A stretch of DNA of 64,000 bases from Octopus sinensis (Eukaryota). The stretch lies in the NCBI RefSeq assembly GCF_006345805.1, contig NC_043000.1, positions 97,216,001 through 97,280,000 on the forward strand. The letters are read 5' to 3'. Position 1 is the stretch's first letter, and each line of letters begins with the position of its first letter. A model generated the notes under the pieces. It was not told where the DNA came from. It saw nothing but the letters and a program-made list of their open reading frames with translations, and made no database searches. Positions 40,692 through 55,387 of this stretch are shown here, piece after piece. The translations under genes and the position numbers were made by a program.

Positions 40692-41989
40692 TGCGGGAGT
40701 GCCATGATAGTAGTATGTTAAATGGTCAACTGCCCTGAAAGTGCCCCGTTGAGAATGGTAGTAGTGATTGAATTCCTGAAACATCTCTTTTGAATATTTT
40801 GTTTATGTAATTTGCGTAGGTGTTATTCTAAACAGCAATAGTGGTAAAGTTAGGAAAGAGGTGGCGAAGAGAAAGAAGACGAAGAAAAAGAGAAGGGAGA
40901 ATAAGAAAGAATGTTGGTAGTATGATAGTAGTAAGGTGTTAAGTGGTCAATTGACCTAAAATTGGCTCGATATGGATTATAGCAGTGATTGGGACTGTTT
41001 TTTAATGAAGTCTTGGGAATTTCTTAAGTGTATCATTTTTAATATTTGCGTGTGTATTTGCGTAATTCTAAGGCCGTGGTGGATCTGTCGTTTGTTGTAG
41101 CCGCGTTCAAAAGGGGTCTGTATTTTGTAATAAAGATAGTCTTTTTACTAATTCGTTGGCTACAGGTTGTATTGTCCCTGAATTGGTAGAGGGGAAAAAT
41201 TCTGAAGCTTGGATTTTTGTTATTAGTAAAAATGTCTATGTGTTGGCTGAATGCTATTTTTCTGTTTTAGGGAATTTTGATCTGGAATCTGTGCAGAGTC
41301 GTTCTTTTACGTAGACTGTTTTTTGTTTGACCTATGTATTACTCTTGACACCCAGAGCAGGTTAGTGCGTATATCAGGTTCTCCGAAACACATGTGAAGT
41401 TGCTTTTCATTGTGAAACGTTGTGGCTGTTTGAAGGGGAACTCTGATCCCTTAATTAAATTAATGCACATCCCCCAGTTGGGTCTTCCGCATATTTTTAC
41501 TGAAGGCTTTTGTGTTGTTGTCCGCAACTCATTCAGTGTGATCGTCATAGCAAAATATAATTTGCAGAACTACACACGAAGACTTTTGAAATATAACCCC
41601 AAATGTAATTTAATTGGTAGAACTATATACATGTTTAATCTCATAGGGACGTTTCGTCTATAGTTCTGCAAATTACATATTGTGGACATCTACGTAAGTG
41701 ATTAAGTAAGTGGTAACAACGAAACCGGGTTTTGTGATTAATCTGTATATTTTGGATCTTTTCATTTGTCTTGCTCGGTTACATTCTGGCGTTTTCTAAA
41801 TTTTCTTGAGAACATTCCTTTCTTAGTGGTAAGACCATAGGTGGTCGACTTCTAGCATAATGGATGTCCACTTAGTGGTCATCCCCCTTATATGTATATA
41901 ATATAATTATACTACTTTATTATCTTCCCTTCTTCCTAGCTCTCCTGTGTCACCCCTCTGTCTGGCATTCACCAAGATAGATCGCTAGC

Positions 41990-42165
41990 CACTAAACTTT
42001 TTTCTATTTTCTCTCCTTGTTTATTTCTGTGTTCCGTTCTGTGAAAGAGCGTAGGCTCGAAACGTAAAAGACTTTCTCACTTCCCGAGCGTTAAACTAAC
42101 ACATCTGTTTGTTGTTTACACATCCGCCTTCGTCTTTTGTTTTTTTTATAAATTCTCACTATATA
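41990..42165 (+). mobile_element. Penelope-type terminal repeat (GAGCGTAGGCTCGAAACGT family)
   Basis: About 100 bp shared with 58565-58690; U-rich 3' end running into a TA-rich tract. Confidence 0.55.
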
Positions 42166-45100
42166 AATATATATATGTATATATATAAATGAATAAGCGT
42201 CCAATGGGACAGCATAGCTATATTTAAATTTATATTTAATTTGACAGTTATGAGCGTATGTAATAAAAATAAAATAGGCTGTATATTTAAAGAAATTGTT
42301 TTAAAAAATTCTTTGAATAAGAAATACAAACAGTTAATATAATTTTATATGTTACTTGAATTTCAAACGAAAAAAGATATAGGCTTGAGAGGGGTAATTA
42401 TTAGGTTAATATAATGGGAAAAAAGATTTATTAGTTAAAAAGCTTATATTCATTTGTGTGAAGGCTAAGAAGAAGGAATAAATAACCCTCTTCCCCTCTC
42501 TTCTCTTCCTCTCACACCTACTTCCTCCCACCCACCTCTCCTCTCTTGCTCCGACTCCTACTTCTCTTCACTCCTACCCTCCTCTCTTCTCTTCACTCCT
42601 ACCTACCATCTCCCTTCCCCTCTCCCTTCATCGTCACGCCTCCCTCGTAACTCCACACCTACACAATCCAACCCCAGCTTCCCTATCCATCCCATCCAAC
42701 CCCACCCCATCCCTTACACCCACTCCCACATACCCCACCTCTACCCCCACCATCAATCTAACCCACACCCTACCCTTGCTTTCCCCATTTTCGCCTCCCC
42801 CACATTCCAACACCACACACGACCACACCACACACCACCATACCACACAACACCACATCACATCACACCACCACGCACAGACTAGCGCTGACCACTTCCC
42901 AGCACCCACACTATCATCCACACACCTGCACATGCACACATGCACACGTCAAGGTTACAAGCCCTCTTCCACACGCACATACATGCTCTCTTATAAACAC
43001 GCACGCACACCTTCGTTTTGGGATCATCACTACTTATTAGCCCCCTTTCTTCCTAGCTCTCCTGTGTGACCCCTGTAGCAATGTATCACCAAAAAGGAAA
43101 ACTATAATTGCCTTTAAATATGACAGAGGATGTTTGAACAGCTACAATGCTAGAAATAAGAGCTAAAGTGATCTGATGCTGCAGTCAACGCACATAATTG
43201 TATACATACATTCTGACAGTGACCATAAATGGCCGAAAATATATATATATGGGCGTGTGTGTAAGATATATATATATATGTAATGAGAGAGAGAGAGAGA
43301 GAGAGAGGGGTTCATTTCAATCGAGGTGAACACTGTCTCTCCGTGGTCGATAACATAAGTAGTAGATGAGTTCTGCCTCGATCTACATCTAAGACCCCCA
43401 CGTTTAAAACCTTGCAGTAAATCAATAATTATTAAGGTCAGAGCCTGTGGAATGGTAGAATCGGTTGAGTGTCGGAAAAAAAAACTTTGCGAAATTGATG
43501 TATGTTTCTTTCAGGCAAGATTAACACCTCTGAGGTAGGAAAACACTCCTAAATTGAAGATGCTGTCTCTCAGCGGGAATGAAAAACCCAGGCAAACCAA
43601 ATGTGGTATACATCAAAAACAAAGTTAGGTATATCAAAAAACATGATATTCAAATTTCCACATTATCTAATTATAAATTCAAAATGACTGACAAGGCAAA
43701 CACACCCTTATTTTAGATCAATTTTTCTGTCAAACTATCAAAAATAATACGCTCTAACTTGTAATGCTAACAGATTGGAGTACAGACTAGATATTGATGA
43801 ATTTGGCCTAGATTTCCTTGTCGGATCGCTAATAGCTACAAGCAGCAGTTCAAGTGTCTTTTACCCCTGGGTAGTAGCATTCAAGTGTCTCTGGAAGATG
43901 AACAAATAAAGTGTATCTAATCACACTATAACAGCATCTAAGCAAGTATCAAAGTAATATACGTGCAACCTTTCAGCCTATTACATCTGTTATTCTCGGA
44001 GATATCGTGACCTAAAGATTGCTACTGATAGTCAGAAATATCAATTTGAGAAAAACGCAAAAGACGCTAGAAATGGTTGATTTTACAGCAATTTCCAACT
44101 ACAGAAGGATAATATTCACATTTTAGCGAAATATTTGCAGTTTTGCACACACTAATAACACCCAGAGGCATATCATTTGCTATTTTTCTGAGATTTTGCT
44201 ATCTGAAATCTGAGTTGTTAGTCTTGCCTTAATTTCAAAGCTGACTTCAAATTACGCAAAGGTCTATTATCCTTTTTCCTGTTTCGATACAATAAATACC
44301 AGTTAAGTATGAGTCGATTTAATCGATCATATCCGTGACTGCGTTAGAAATCAATAATAATTAAGGTATAATGAACAAATATACTATAATAAGCGAATTG
44401 GTAAAGTCGCTAAATCATCAGAAAAATTACCTTGCTATAGTTATTCGGCTCCCTTTAAAATACCACTGAGGTGAACTTTTCCCTTCATGTTCCCGCGGTA
44501 AATGAAAGAAATGCCTGGAACCGAGTATTTCTTCCCCACCCCTCTCTCTCTCTCTCGCACACAAACACATACACACACATAATCGCGCGCGCGCTCTAAA
44601 CCGATCACTTTGCACTGTGAGAAAGGCATTGATGATTACCAATGCGTCCATTTATTCAGAACTTGAGAATGATTAGCAACTTCTGCAGAAAAAAAGACAT
44701 GCTACTGGAACCGTTCAAAAACTAACCGATGAGTAGGAATGCGGCCCAGATCGAAAATAAAGAAGAAAAAATATATACCAATGTCGCCTCCTATATTGTC
44801 ATTGCCTGGTCCGTTTGGGAGTTAGGTGTAGTTAGGTCATTGATTGGTATTTATTTTATCGAGCATGAAGAGTTGAAAAGCAAACTCAACTCCGATGGGA
44901 CTTCTAGAGTTACGAGCCAAACTATTTTAGTGAACAGAAAAGCTGGGATACTTTCGCATCGAAGTTAAATTCGCCATATTTTGTTTGAGATAATGCAATG
45001 GGTAGAACCTAATTAACGAACTAATTAACCCCAATATTAGTAAATACACTGTTAAGAAAATTACACTGATGATCTCATCTGAAACCTTATATAAATATCT

Positions 45101-47140
45101 AAAAGTTTTATAATTCTCTATAGGTACACAATAAGGTTTCTTGATTTCCGACGATTCTGCAAAACGAAGTGAAACTAATCAAGACAATCTCGAATTATTC
45201 TTCTCATGGAATGGTATAAACACCTGTTTATATTTCGTGTAGAGGTTATATTAAATTTCAGATAAAGCCAAACTTAATCTTAAACCATTTAGTTTTGTTA
45301 TTATGGTTTTTATTCACCACTTCCCAGAGGATGATGATGTTAGTACCAGTAATAAACTGATATCAATTCTGTTTATTGTATCTATACATCTTGTGTGTCT
45401 GAGTGAGAGCAAAATTTAGTTTTTAGCCAAAGTGATTCAACTACTCTAAGACTACCTCAACGTTGGAATTTGAAAATAAAATGCTGGAGATTGAACAAAC
45501 TATTCCATTCTGTTTATGCGTTCTTTTTTTTAATCTACGGCTAAATAAAGCTTTAGAATGCCGTCTCATTTATTCTACTTCTTGGACCACATGTCTACAA
45601 TGGCTAAATGTGTGTTGTTCGCGTGATTAGCTCCGGTATTCAGTATCTAGGCAGAATTTGATTCAAAATACGAAACGCCAGTATAAATGCCACAAGGTAT
45701 TTATCTTGTCTGTCACTTTAACATTTTCGTCAATCTATGAGCATGAACTATATTTACCGATCCCAAAAGAATGTAAACAAAATTATCTTTGACAGGATTT
45801 GAACTCAGGGCGTTTGCGTCTTTCAGAAAGATATGCTGGACACGCAAGCATCGACTGAAGTCGACTACTTGAATTACTTTGAATTTATTTGGTCCTGAGC
45901 TTATAGCAGAAACAATTATTACAAGTGCAATGGGTAGTAAGATAATGAACTCGTAGAGCGTGAAACAGAATGGTCTGTAGAACAGTTACATTCCTTTTGC
46001 TTCTACGATCAGATCCTACTCTGGTCAAATTTGTTTGTCATCCTTCGTTAGTGAAATAAAATAACTACTAGTCAAATTATTGGGTAGATCTAATCGACTA
46101 TAGTCCGTCTATAAAGATTGTAATCATGTCTCTACGTTAAAAATCATTATTATTGCATTATCACTAGAAAATAGAATGAACATTCAAATGTTTGAATGTT
46201 GGACGCCAAACAGATTGAACACACAGAAGCACACACATATACATATAAACAGACATATAAAAATAATTGAAAATATATTTCATTAAAAAAATAATTTGCT
46301 GTTATCATTTTCAAATTACAATAAGTTGCTTCAAAACTCAATCGTGATTAAGTTTCGATGTATTTCTATTACATTTATTTTCTTATATGAAAAAAATAGA
46401 TAAACTGAAAATAAATTGAAAATATATTTCATTTAAAAAATAATTGTTCTCATTAAAACAAATAATCGATATTAAGTTTCAATATATTTCTGTGTTTAAT
46501 TACGAATATTTGTCGAGAAATATTCTTTTCGCAACATGTGGTTTCGAGCAATATGTTTTCGATCAATAATTTCGTTTTGCGAATGTTTTTCTATCAATTC
46601 GTCTTTCGATCACTAATCTTTTTACGAATGCGCTTTCTTTGAATTTCCCATATCCGTATTGAACATTGGATTGTCATTTGCACAAAGCCGGGTCTATGAT
46701 ATGGCAAACGGCTTTGTGCTATATAAACCGGCTCTTCATTCTGAGGCCAAAGATAAAGCACCAGTCCAAGATTGAGAATTGGCAGAGTTATAAAAGCGTC
46801 GAGCAAGATTCCTTGTGTTTTTTGTTCTAGCTCATTGCATTCTGAGTTCAAGTCATGCTATGACCTATTCGGTTGGTTTAACCCCAACACCTAGTCATGT
46901 GGTATCTTCAGCAGAGAAGATATCTCGGTTAGAGATATTCGGGCTAGGGCTCCAGTTTGAGAATTTCTTTGTTTCTAACAGTATCGGGAGCCTTGAAAGC
47001 ATATAGAGTCATATAAAGTGCCCTTCACTTCCTGACTAGAAATTAAAACGACAATTCCCATATTTGTAGCCCACCGTACCAATCTGATTTTTTCTTTCAT
47101 AAATCAATCCAACACAACAAAACAAACAAACTCAGAGGGA

Positions 47141-47193
<53 letters not shown>

Positions 47194-47269
47194 CGAGCAT
47201 TTATATGGTCACTTATTCTGTTAGAAATAGCCAACAAATCTCACTGATCTGTGTTTATCCTAGATCACC

Positions 47270-47590
47270 GCTTTTGAGGATTTAATCGATCGTACCAGAA
47301 CTTATTTTAAGTCTCTTATTCTATCAAACCATTTTTGCTGAATCACTAACTTATGGGTATGTTAACAAACCAACACCGGTTGTCGAGCTCTGAGAGAGAA
47401 ACACAAAGCAAAGATCCACGTACACACATACACGTAAATATGAATACGTATTCGATAGATTCCACAGTTTTCATCTCACAAGGCATTGATCGGCCCTGGG
47501 CTTATAGTAGAAGATACTTGCCCAAAGTGCCACGCAGTGGGACTGAACCCGAAACTAAAAGTGAAAGTCTTAATTACTCAGCTACACTTT
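47270..47590 (-). mobile_element. Composite SINE family C, diverged
   Basis: acttgcccaaagtgccacgcagtgggactgaacc head module; tttttgctgaatcactaacttatggg tail module. Confidence 0.7.
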
Positions 47591-48312
47591 CGCCGAAAAC
47601 AAATAATGTAGTTCTAGACATGCACAATGTGGAACGTCAGTGGTCGTGCCAAATACATACAATTCAAAATGACTGTCGAACTGAAAAGTAAAAATTTTAA
47701 TGAGCCAACAAAGGAACCTCTATGTGACAATTCAGACTGCTAGAAATACCAACCACGTCTCAAAGCACTTTATGTTTTTATTATTTATTTATTATTTGTT
47801 TTAAAGGGGGAGAAATGATACCTTGGCTAATATTGTGCTTGGTACACTATTCCTGAACAAAAGATTGCAGGCTCTTCCCTGAAATGTCTTTGCTTATCGG
47901 TCCACTTGTTCAGAACTGAACGTGGGGGCTCAAGGACAGCAATAGCAATAGTGGGAGCCTGTATGTTGTCAGTCGATCTGATTGAAATAACAGACAAATT
48001 TCACTCAAACCAGACCTCGCCGTCTCAGAAAAGAACACTTTGGAAACTGCAGTTTAGGGTTTCCTACACAAAAGAAACAAGACAATAAGTTCACAGTAAA
48101 TATTACATTGATTACAGTTCTGCTCGATCAAGACTGACCTGGAGCAAAACAGACAACGACGACGACAACAAAGACAATAGCAATAGCAACGGTGGTAATA
48201 ACAACTGTTTAATCAAATTCAGGTCTATTATATATATATGTCGTTGTATTTTGCTTCTTCATTGTGCTGCAAATTTCTTTTTCCCTTTCATTGTTGAAGG
48301 AGAGATTATTCT

Positions 48313-48505
48313 TGGCTGGTTGGTTGGCTGAGTGGGTAGTAGGTTTTTGGTTTGTTGGCTGGCTGGTTGGTTGGTAGGTAGATGGTTTGGTTGGTTGGTT
48401 GGTTGGTTGGCTGGCTGGCTGGTTGGCTGGTTGGTTGGTTGGTTGGTTGGTTGGTTGGTTGGTTGGCTGGTTGGTTGGTTGGTTGGTTGGTTGGTTGGTT
48501 GGTTA
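48313..48505. repeat. (GGTT)n/(GGCT)n microsatellite
   Basis: Direct reading. Confidence 0.95.
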
Positions 48506-48766
48506 GCTGGAAGGTTAACAATATTTGTTCTTTTGGTGTTATAGCGTTTCTATTTGCTTATTTTAAGAGAATTTATTATAGACGCCGACGCTGTCTCCGT
48601 AGTTCACATGACATTTTCTGAAAAGAAAACTAGCGAACTGACAATAAAGATATTTAAGTGTCAACAACACCAGATTGATTGTAAACTGGAGTTACTTGTT
48701 CAGTGTAAATAATTGAAAATCCAGTTTCACGTCCAAGAGCTTTTCTCTCCATCTCTCTCTCTTTCC

Positions 48767-48818
<52 letters not shown>

Positions 48819-48946
48819 TTTGTTATCTATTTGAATGTGTATGTGCGTAGTATATCATTCTCTTTCTATCAATTAAGTTATATATGTGTTTGTGCATGTG
48901 TGTATACCAATATGTGCATGTATGGGGTTGTATGAATGCGTACATA

Positions 48947-48982
<36 letters not shown>

Positions 48983-49004
48983 CATACATACATACATACA
49001 TACA

Positions 49005-49036
<32 letters not shown>

Positions 49037-50357
49037 ATACATACATACACACATATGTAGGAGATAGTGATGCAGGTATACTTATAAACATATAGATATA
49101 AACATGCATGGGGATATATATAGATACAAAAATAAATATATGTACAAGCATATATATATTTATATAAATTGACAAATGAATTTACTTTTACGTGGAGTGT
49201 AAGAAGTACGGAAAACTGCAATTTTTTGTTACTTGGCAGCTGTTTCTAGGAGCTTGGAATTACATAATAGTCGTAATGTTCATAATTAACAGATAGAATG
49301 TGCAAAAAAGTCATGGATAAGCAACCAGTAGATGGTCGCATAGAGACATTACTGTAATACTGGCTTCCATTGTCAAGAGAAAAATTGGCAAATAGTTGTT
49401 CACGCCGTAGTGCGAGAGATGCAAAGGTAGTATGGGAGAAGAGGAAGAGAGGAGTAAAAATCAAGGAGAGGGTGGATGCAGGCGGCTTCGGGATAGAGAG
49501 TGGAGAAGTAGACGGAGAAAAGATAAGAAATACAAGACGCAGAAAGGAGGAGAAATGAAGTATAAGTGGGATTCGAAAAAAGGAGGAGAGAGTAACCTAA
49601 CCACCAATGGTATCTCCTTTCCCAATACTGACTTGTCTCACTTTCTCCCTCCTCCCTCCGTTTCAACTTTCTACTTCTATTTACTTCCCAGATTACTCAC
49701 TTCCGCCTTTATTTTAATAAAAAAAATTCCATTGCGAAAAAGTTGACACACCCAATTAGTAAGTTTTTACATACACGTCTAAATTTTGAACATTTGAACT
49801 TTACTTTGTCAAAGCAAAAGATTAAATTCAATAAAACCAAAAGTAACTAAGACTACTAACACATCTTATACCTACCTACAAACGAAAAGGGACACACCTA
49901 AATATTTACGCTTGATTACAAAGTTCTACATACTTGGATAAATTCTAAACAATAATATAACCCCAAATTTAATCAATAAAAATCTTTCTAAAACACCTTT
50001 CCATAAAAGCCCACACACAAACCTAATTACCTCTCCACAGTCTGCTAATAGCTTATCTAGCTGAAACTTCGAAGTCACTGTCACTCACTTTCTTTCTTAA
50101 GAATAATAAATATATATGTGTAGAAAATCCTTCTGCGAGACCTGCAACAATCAGCGTCTTCTCTGTAGCTCTCAGACGTAGTGTCAGGGACATTTTCGTA
50201 CACCTACAATAAACTTTGTATGTAGCGTACCAACCTAGGATCTTTCAATGGACCTAGTTTCACGTTTGTACAATGTGTAATATTCAAAATATCAATATTT
50301 GACCTGCAATAAAGCGTGATAGACAGTTTACATGCATACATATACACATATACCTAT

Positions 50358-50401
<44 letters not shown>

Positions 50402-51128
50402 ACATACATACATACATACATACATCACACACGCATGTGTGTGTGTGTGTGTGTGTGTATACATAGATATATGCAAAATTTATCTCAGCAGATCTGCGGG
50501 GTTCACTTGTCGTGTACCCTATACATCAGACAGGCTATTAGCAACATTAGCACCATGTTATGCGGAGAAACGCTCTTACTAATCGGTTTCATGAAAAATA
50601 AAACTTCCTTATTTGAGAAGAGAAACCTTGCAATCGTCAGATATATTTCACAAAAAAAATAAATAAAAGATATGTCTGTATAACAATACAAATATGTCTT
50701 TATTTATAATTTTATATTCAGAATACATCCACTCTCTTCTTTATGTCAAATTTGCTCTTTTTCCTAAATTATAGATCCTCCTCGCACAACACGCACACAC
50801 ACACACACACAAACACACATACATACACACGCATATATCTGTATATACAAACATACATACATTCATACGTAAATAAATGGATGAAACAAATAGGTATCAT
50901 TGGTTATTACTGCTAATGTTTTCATAGCTATTATTTAGAGTGTATGTATATAACTGCATGTATTTGTGTGTGTCTATATAAATACATACATACATGTGTG
51001 TGTGAGAGAGAGTATGATATATATGTACATTGTACACATACATACTTATATGTATACGAAAGACAGTATATATATAATTTGTACATGTTTGTATGTACAC
51101 ACGTATATATATATATATAATATATATA

Positions 51129-51175
<47 letters not shown>

Positions 51176-51211
51176 ATATCTATATATATATATATCTATA
51201 TATATATATAC

Positions 51212-51285
<74 letters not shown>

Positions 51286-51365
51286 ATGAGAAAGGAAGAG
51301 ATGTGCGTGTGAGTGTATTAACGTGCATATTTAGATACATACATACATGAATGGAAGGATGGATG

Positions 51366-51462
<97 letters not shown>

Positions 51463-52014
51463 GTAGATCGATAGATAGATAGATATTAACCAGACTCTTA
51501 TGAACCTCACAATATACATCTACTCAAGGCATGTTTTTACTAAGAGTTATGTGCAATAAATTAGAAATTAGTTTGCGCAATGACAATATTTATGTGAAAT
51601 AATATTCAGAAAGAATGACCCTCGATATATATTTTTATAAAATATGTGCATATTTAACTTAACGTAACTTCTTGGAACGCCTAAATGTGTGTGTTTTTGT
51701 GTGCGTATGCGCATGAGGACAGACATGTGACTGGCCTTGTCTTAGCTTTTTATATGTAATATTTACATCGACGTAGACGCTGTAATGTATGTATTTAAGA
51801 AGCACGCTTTGCAACCAAATAGTTCTGCTTCAGTATGACAGTGCAGCACCTTTGGCAAGTGGTTTCCACTATAGGCTCGTACCGAACATTTCTTTTTTTT
51901 AAGTCTGGCTGATGGAAATAGTGTGGAAAACTGCATATAAATGGCCGCAGCCGCGTGACTGAAACGAATGAAAGAATAAAAAAATGCACGTATATCAGTG
52001 TTCAGTTTTATTTC

Positions 52015-52505
52015 AAGATTTCTTGCTAATAGAGAAAGAGCTGGTTTCTAACCTAGATCCAAGGCTTCTTCATTGGAATTTCAACATCAACAACAGGGTA
52101 TTGTTGTTTGTCTGAATATATGTATGTATATGTGCAGATTTGTATGTTTTGTTTATGAATGTATTCTCATGCATATATTTGCATATCTAGACATGCTCAT
52201 ATATATCTAAATGCTAAACTTCTGGAAAGTTTTACAGATTTTTACAGTTCCAGTGATGAATTGGATCTGTAGTCTTGGAATTAGCTTTCTCCTTTCCAGT
52301 TTTGAGAAGCCTAATTTCTCACGATTGGTTTTTAGGCAGTGAGTTACATATCCCAGAGCCCCGTTAATTACAGGTATGATAAACCTGAACTTGTAATCTG
52401 GATAGAGTAACAGCAGAGTTCTCAATAGTTCAGCGTAGATATTCTCTTTTTCACTGATCTTCAGCTTTCTTAACATCCGCTGGGCAGCTAATTTCCGCAA
52501 CTGTA
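52015..52505 (-). mobile_element. 3' fragment of a non-LTR retrotransposon with restriction-like endonuclease (R2/R4/NeSL group)
   Basis: EKENIYAELLR...YPDYKFRFIIPVINGALG...TGTVKICKTF matches the REL C-terminus (K..KY..L....IPIVIGALG); downstream UTR. Confidence 0.75.
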
Positions 52506-52710
52506 CACAGATTCTCTTCTCTATTCCAAATCATTACATCAAAACGTTATTGAGGTCTTCACGTGGACATTTCACCAGTACTTCTTTTTATTATGTGCAG
52601 ATGTATATATGGGTGTATGTATGCATGCATGCATGTATGTATGTATGTATGTATGTATGTATGTATGTATGTATGTATGTATGTACGTACGTATGTATGT
52701 ATGAATGTAG

Positions 52711-52880
52711 TGAAGGCGCGTGGCTTTGTGGTCAGGCTGTTGCACTCACAATCGCTACAATGTGGGTTCGATTCCGAAACCGGGCGGCGCGTTGTAATCT
52801 TCAGCAAAACACTTCATTTCACCTTGCTCCAGTCTCCCTTTCCATCAGGAAGGAATGTTAACCTCCCAGCCAACGCAGCG
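52711..52880 (+). mobile_element. SINE family B
   Basis: gaaggcgcgtggct head, gggttcgattcc B box, CORE-like cagcaaaacacttcatttcaccttgctccag. Confidence 0.7.
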
Positions 52881-53179
52881 GAGTAGCGTTATTCGAAGGC
52901 TAAAACTATCCAAAGCTCACTGTGGTCAGAGATGTGTAAACAACATCTGATATTCTAGTCAGCCACGTAATCACGGTGGCGACCAGGTGACGCATGTAGG
53001 TAAGTATGTATGCATATAAAAGGATCAAATGTCCTTCCCGAGCCATAAGCTCATGAGGCTGGTTTCCCGGATTGCGTGTCGTATATATTTTCCCAGTTCA
53101 TGGCATACTACTCACTCAAAAGATTATTCATTTTGGAATGAAAAGGAACAACTTCAGATTGTTTCCCTCAAAAAGCAAA

Positions 53180-53260
53180 CACATCGCCAGTCCAGGAATC
53201 GAAACCACAATCTTATGATCATGAGTGCAACACCCTTAGCACTACGCCACGCACCTCCAC
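53180..53260 (-). mobile_element. SINE family B head fragment
   Basis: ccaggaatcgaaacc (B box, reverse) ...gagtgcaacacccttagcactacgccacgcacctcc. Confidence 0.6.
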
Positions 53261-53749
53261 ATAATTGAGTATGTGTGTATATGTCATCAACTATCTTTTA
53301 ACAACCAGAGTTAGTTTGTTTACATTCCTGTAACATGGCGATTTCGGCAGAGAGCGATGGAGTAAATATTAGACTTAAAAAACTAAGTACTAGGATCAAT
53401 TTGTTCGACTAAACCCTCAAGATGTGTGTGTATGTAATATATATATATATAATATATATATATGTATATATACATGTATATGTATGTGTGTGTGTATCTA
53501 TGTGTGTGTGCGTGTATATATATATATATTATATATATATGTATATATACATGTATATGTATGTGTGTGTGTGTGTATATATGTATGTATGTATGTTGTA
53601 TGTATGTATGTATGTATGTATGTATGATGTATGTATGTATGTAAGCGTGTATGAGTGTGTATGCATGTATGTGTGTATATAGATATATACATAGATACAT
53701 ATTTCTGTATATATCTGTATAAGTGTATATGTATATATGCATATATATA

Positions 53750-53780
<31 letters not shown>

Positions 53781-53792
53781 GTGCGTGTGTGT

Positions 53793-53826
<34 letters not shown>

Positions 53827-54253
53827 TGTGTGTGTGTGTACATATATATATATATATATATATAGACGATAAGAAATGGACCAATAAACAGTGAGAAGTG
53901 GATTGTTGGTGTTATAAAGTCATTATCTAATTAAGAAGAGAGTATGTTTACAGCTGTTTCACTATATCAATCTGGGGTAAATTTGCATTTACCTCGTTGC
54001 AATTAATAGTCATCATCGGAACGATTATAGGGCAAAGATAAATAGAAGGAAAATAGAAAGAAAATGTGAGGAAGAGAAAGGAAAAAAAAGAAAATTGTTC
54101 GTTAATTCAATTGTCTTACATTTTAGTGAAAGCCATGATTCATTATATCAGTTGTAGGATAGAAGAGAAGAGAGTTAGTTAAATCCCTGGTCTTATAATT
54201 AGTCAGTTTCATAATTCCACGGCCCGTAGGTTCTGATATATGGTGCTAATTGC

Positions 54254-54326
<73 letters not shown>

Positions 54327-54472
54327 TATATATACATACATACATATATATGCATATATATATATATATGTTATACTTATATATGAGTATATATAAACAT
54401 ATATATATATGTATATATATATGTATATATACATGTATATGTATGTGTGTGTGTGTATCTATGTGTGTGTGC

Positions 54473-54509
<37 letters not shown>

Positions 54510-54837
54510 TATTAGTAAAAAATTCAGTCTGTTACGAATATTAATTTGTACAGGAAGCTTATCTTAGATGTGCTGTGAAAACGCTGTAAACTGCAGTATT
54601 CGTCGTTAGAAATTATCTCGTACAGACCTATTGTGCTAAAAAGCAGAGATTATATTAGTAGACGATTATATATATATATATATACACCTACACACACACA
54701 CACATACGTGTATTTTTGTGTGTGTGTGTGTGTGTGGTGTGTGTGTGTGTGTGTGTATTAGTGAATGAACAAACGAAAGAAAGGCTCAACCTGTTTAATT
54801 GAAGTTTTAAGTATTTAATAACTGGTTAACACAGAAC

Positions 54838-54985
54838 GGGGTAAGTCGATTACATCGACCCTAGATTTTAACGACCTCAAAAGGGTGAAAGACAAAGTTG
54901 ACTTCAGTAGAATTTGAACTCAGAATGTAAAGACAGACGAAATGCCGCTAAGCATTTTGCCCACCGTGCTAGTTTCTGCCAGTTC
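54838..54985 (-). mobile_element. SINE family A
   Basis: aagtcgattacatcgacc...aatttgaactcagaatgtaaagacagacgaaatgccgctaagcattttgccc. Confidence 0.85.
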
Positions 54986-55387
54986 GTAGTTTTATATATA
55001 TATCATGACAGAAATATTATTCAGAAGAAATGGAAGTATCGTTTTTTTGTAATATAATTATTCTGAATTTTCCTAAGGAAATTAGATAAATGCATGAATC
55101 TTTCTATCTTGTTTTGTATGTGTTGTTTCCTCGTGCTAGACGACAAAACAAAATACAGCAAAAATGGATTTAGGCAGTATTCTGTCTCATTTCGTTAGAA
55201 AATTTCAAACATTTTATATCTATACATAAATAAATAGAGAAAAAATACCGAACAACTTGCAGTCAAGAACTCAATGGCGGTACGTGGCTTCTATTTGGAA
55301 TCTATAATTTGCCTGCAAGGAAGAAATGTAGGAAGAAGGTCCATTCTGAGAACTTATGCAATTTGAAAGTTCTATGCCATTGAATGT

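Larger units (their letters stand above)
40347..41550 (-). mobile_element. Second, older Penelope-like element remnant (GIY-YIG + 3' terminus)
   Basis: ICGRPN..CINL..GSEF...SNFTCVSENLIYALTCSGCQE*YIGQT; 3' end abuts (TA)n at 40346. Confidence 0.85.

Noticed and set aside
49325-49339. CTCF-like motif ccagtagatggtcgc
   Set aside because: Single imperfect match with no supporting context.
53458-54480. Repeated TA/TG cassette (also the doublet at 16855-17010)
   Set aside because: Low-complexity similarity explained by slippage or assembly of microsatellites.
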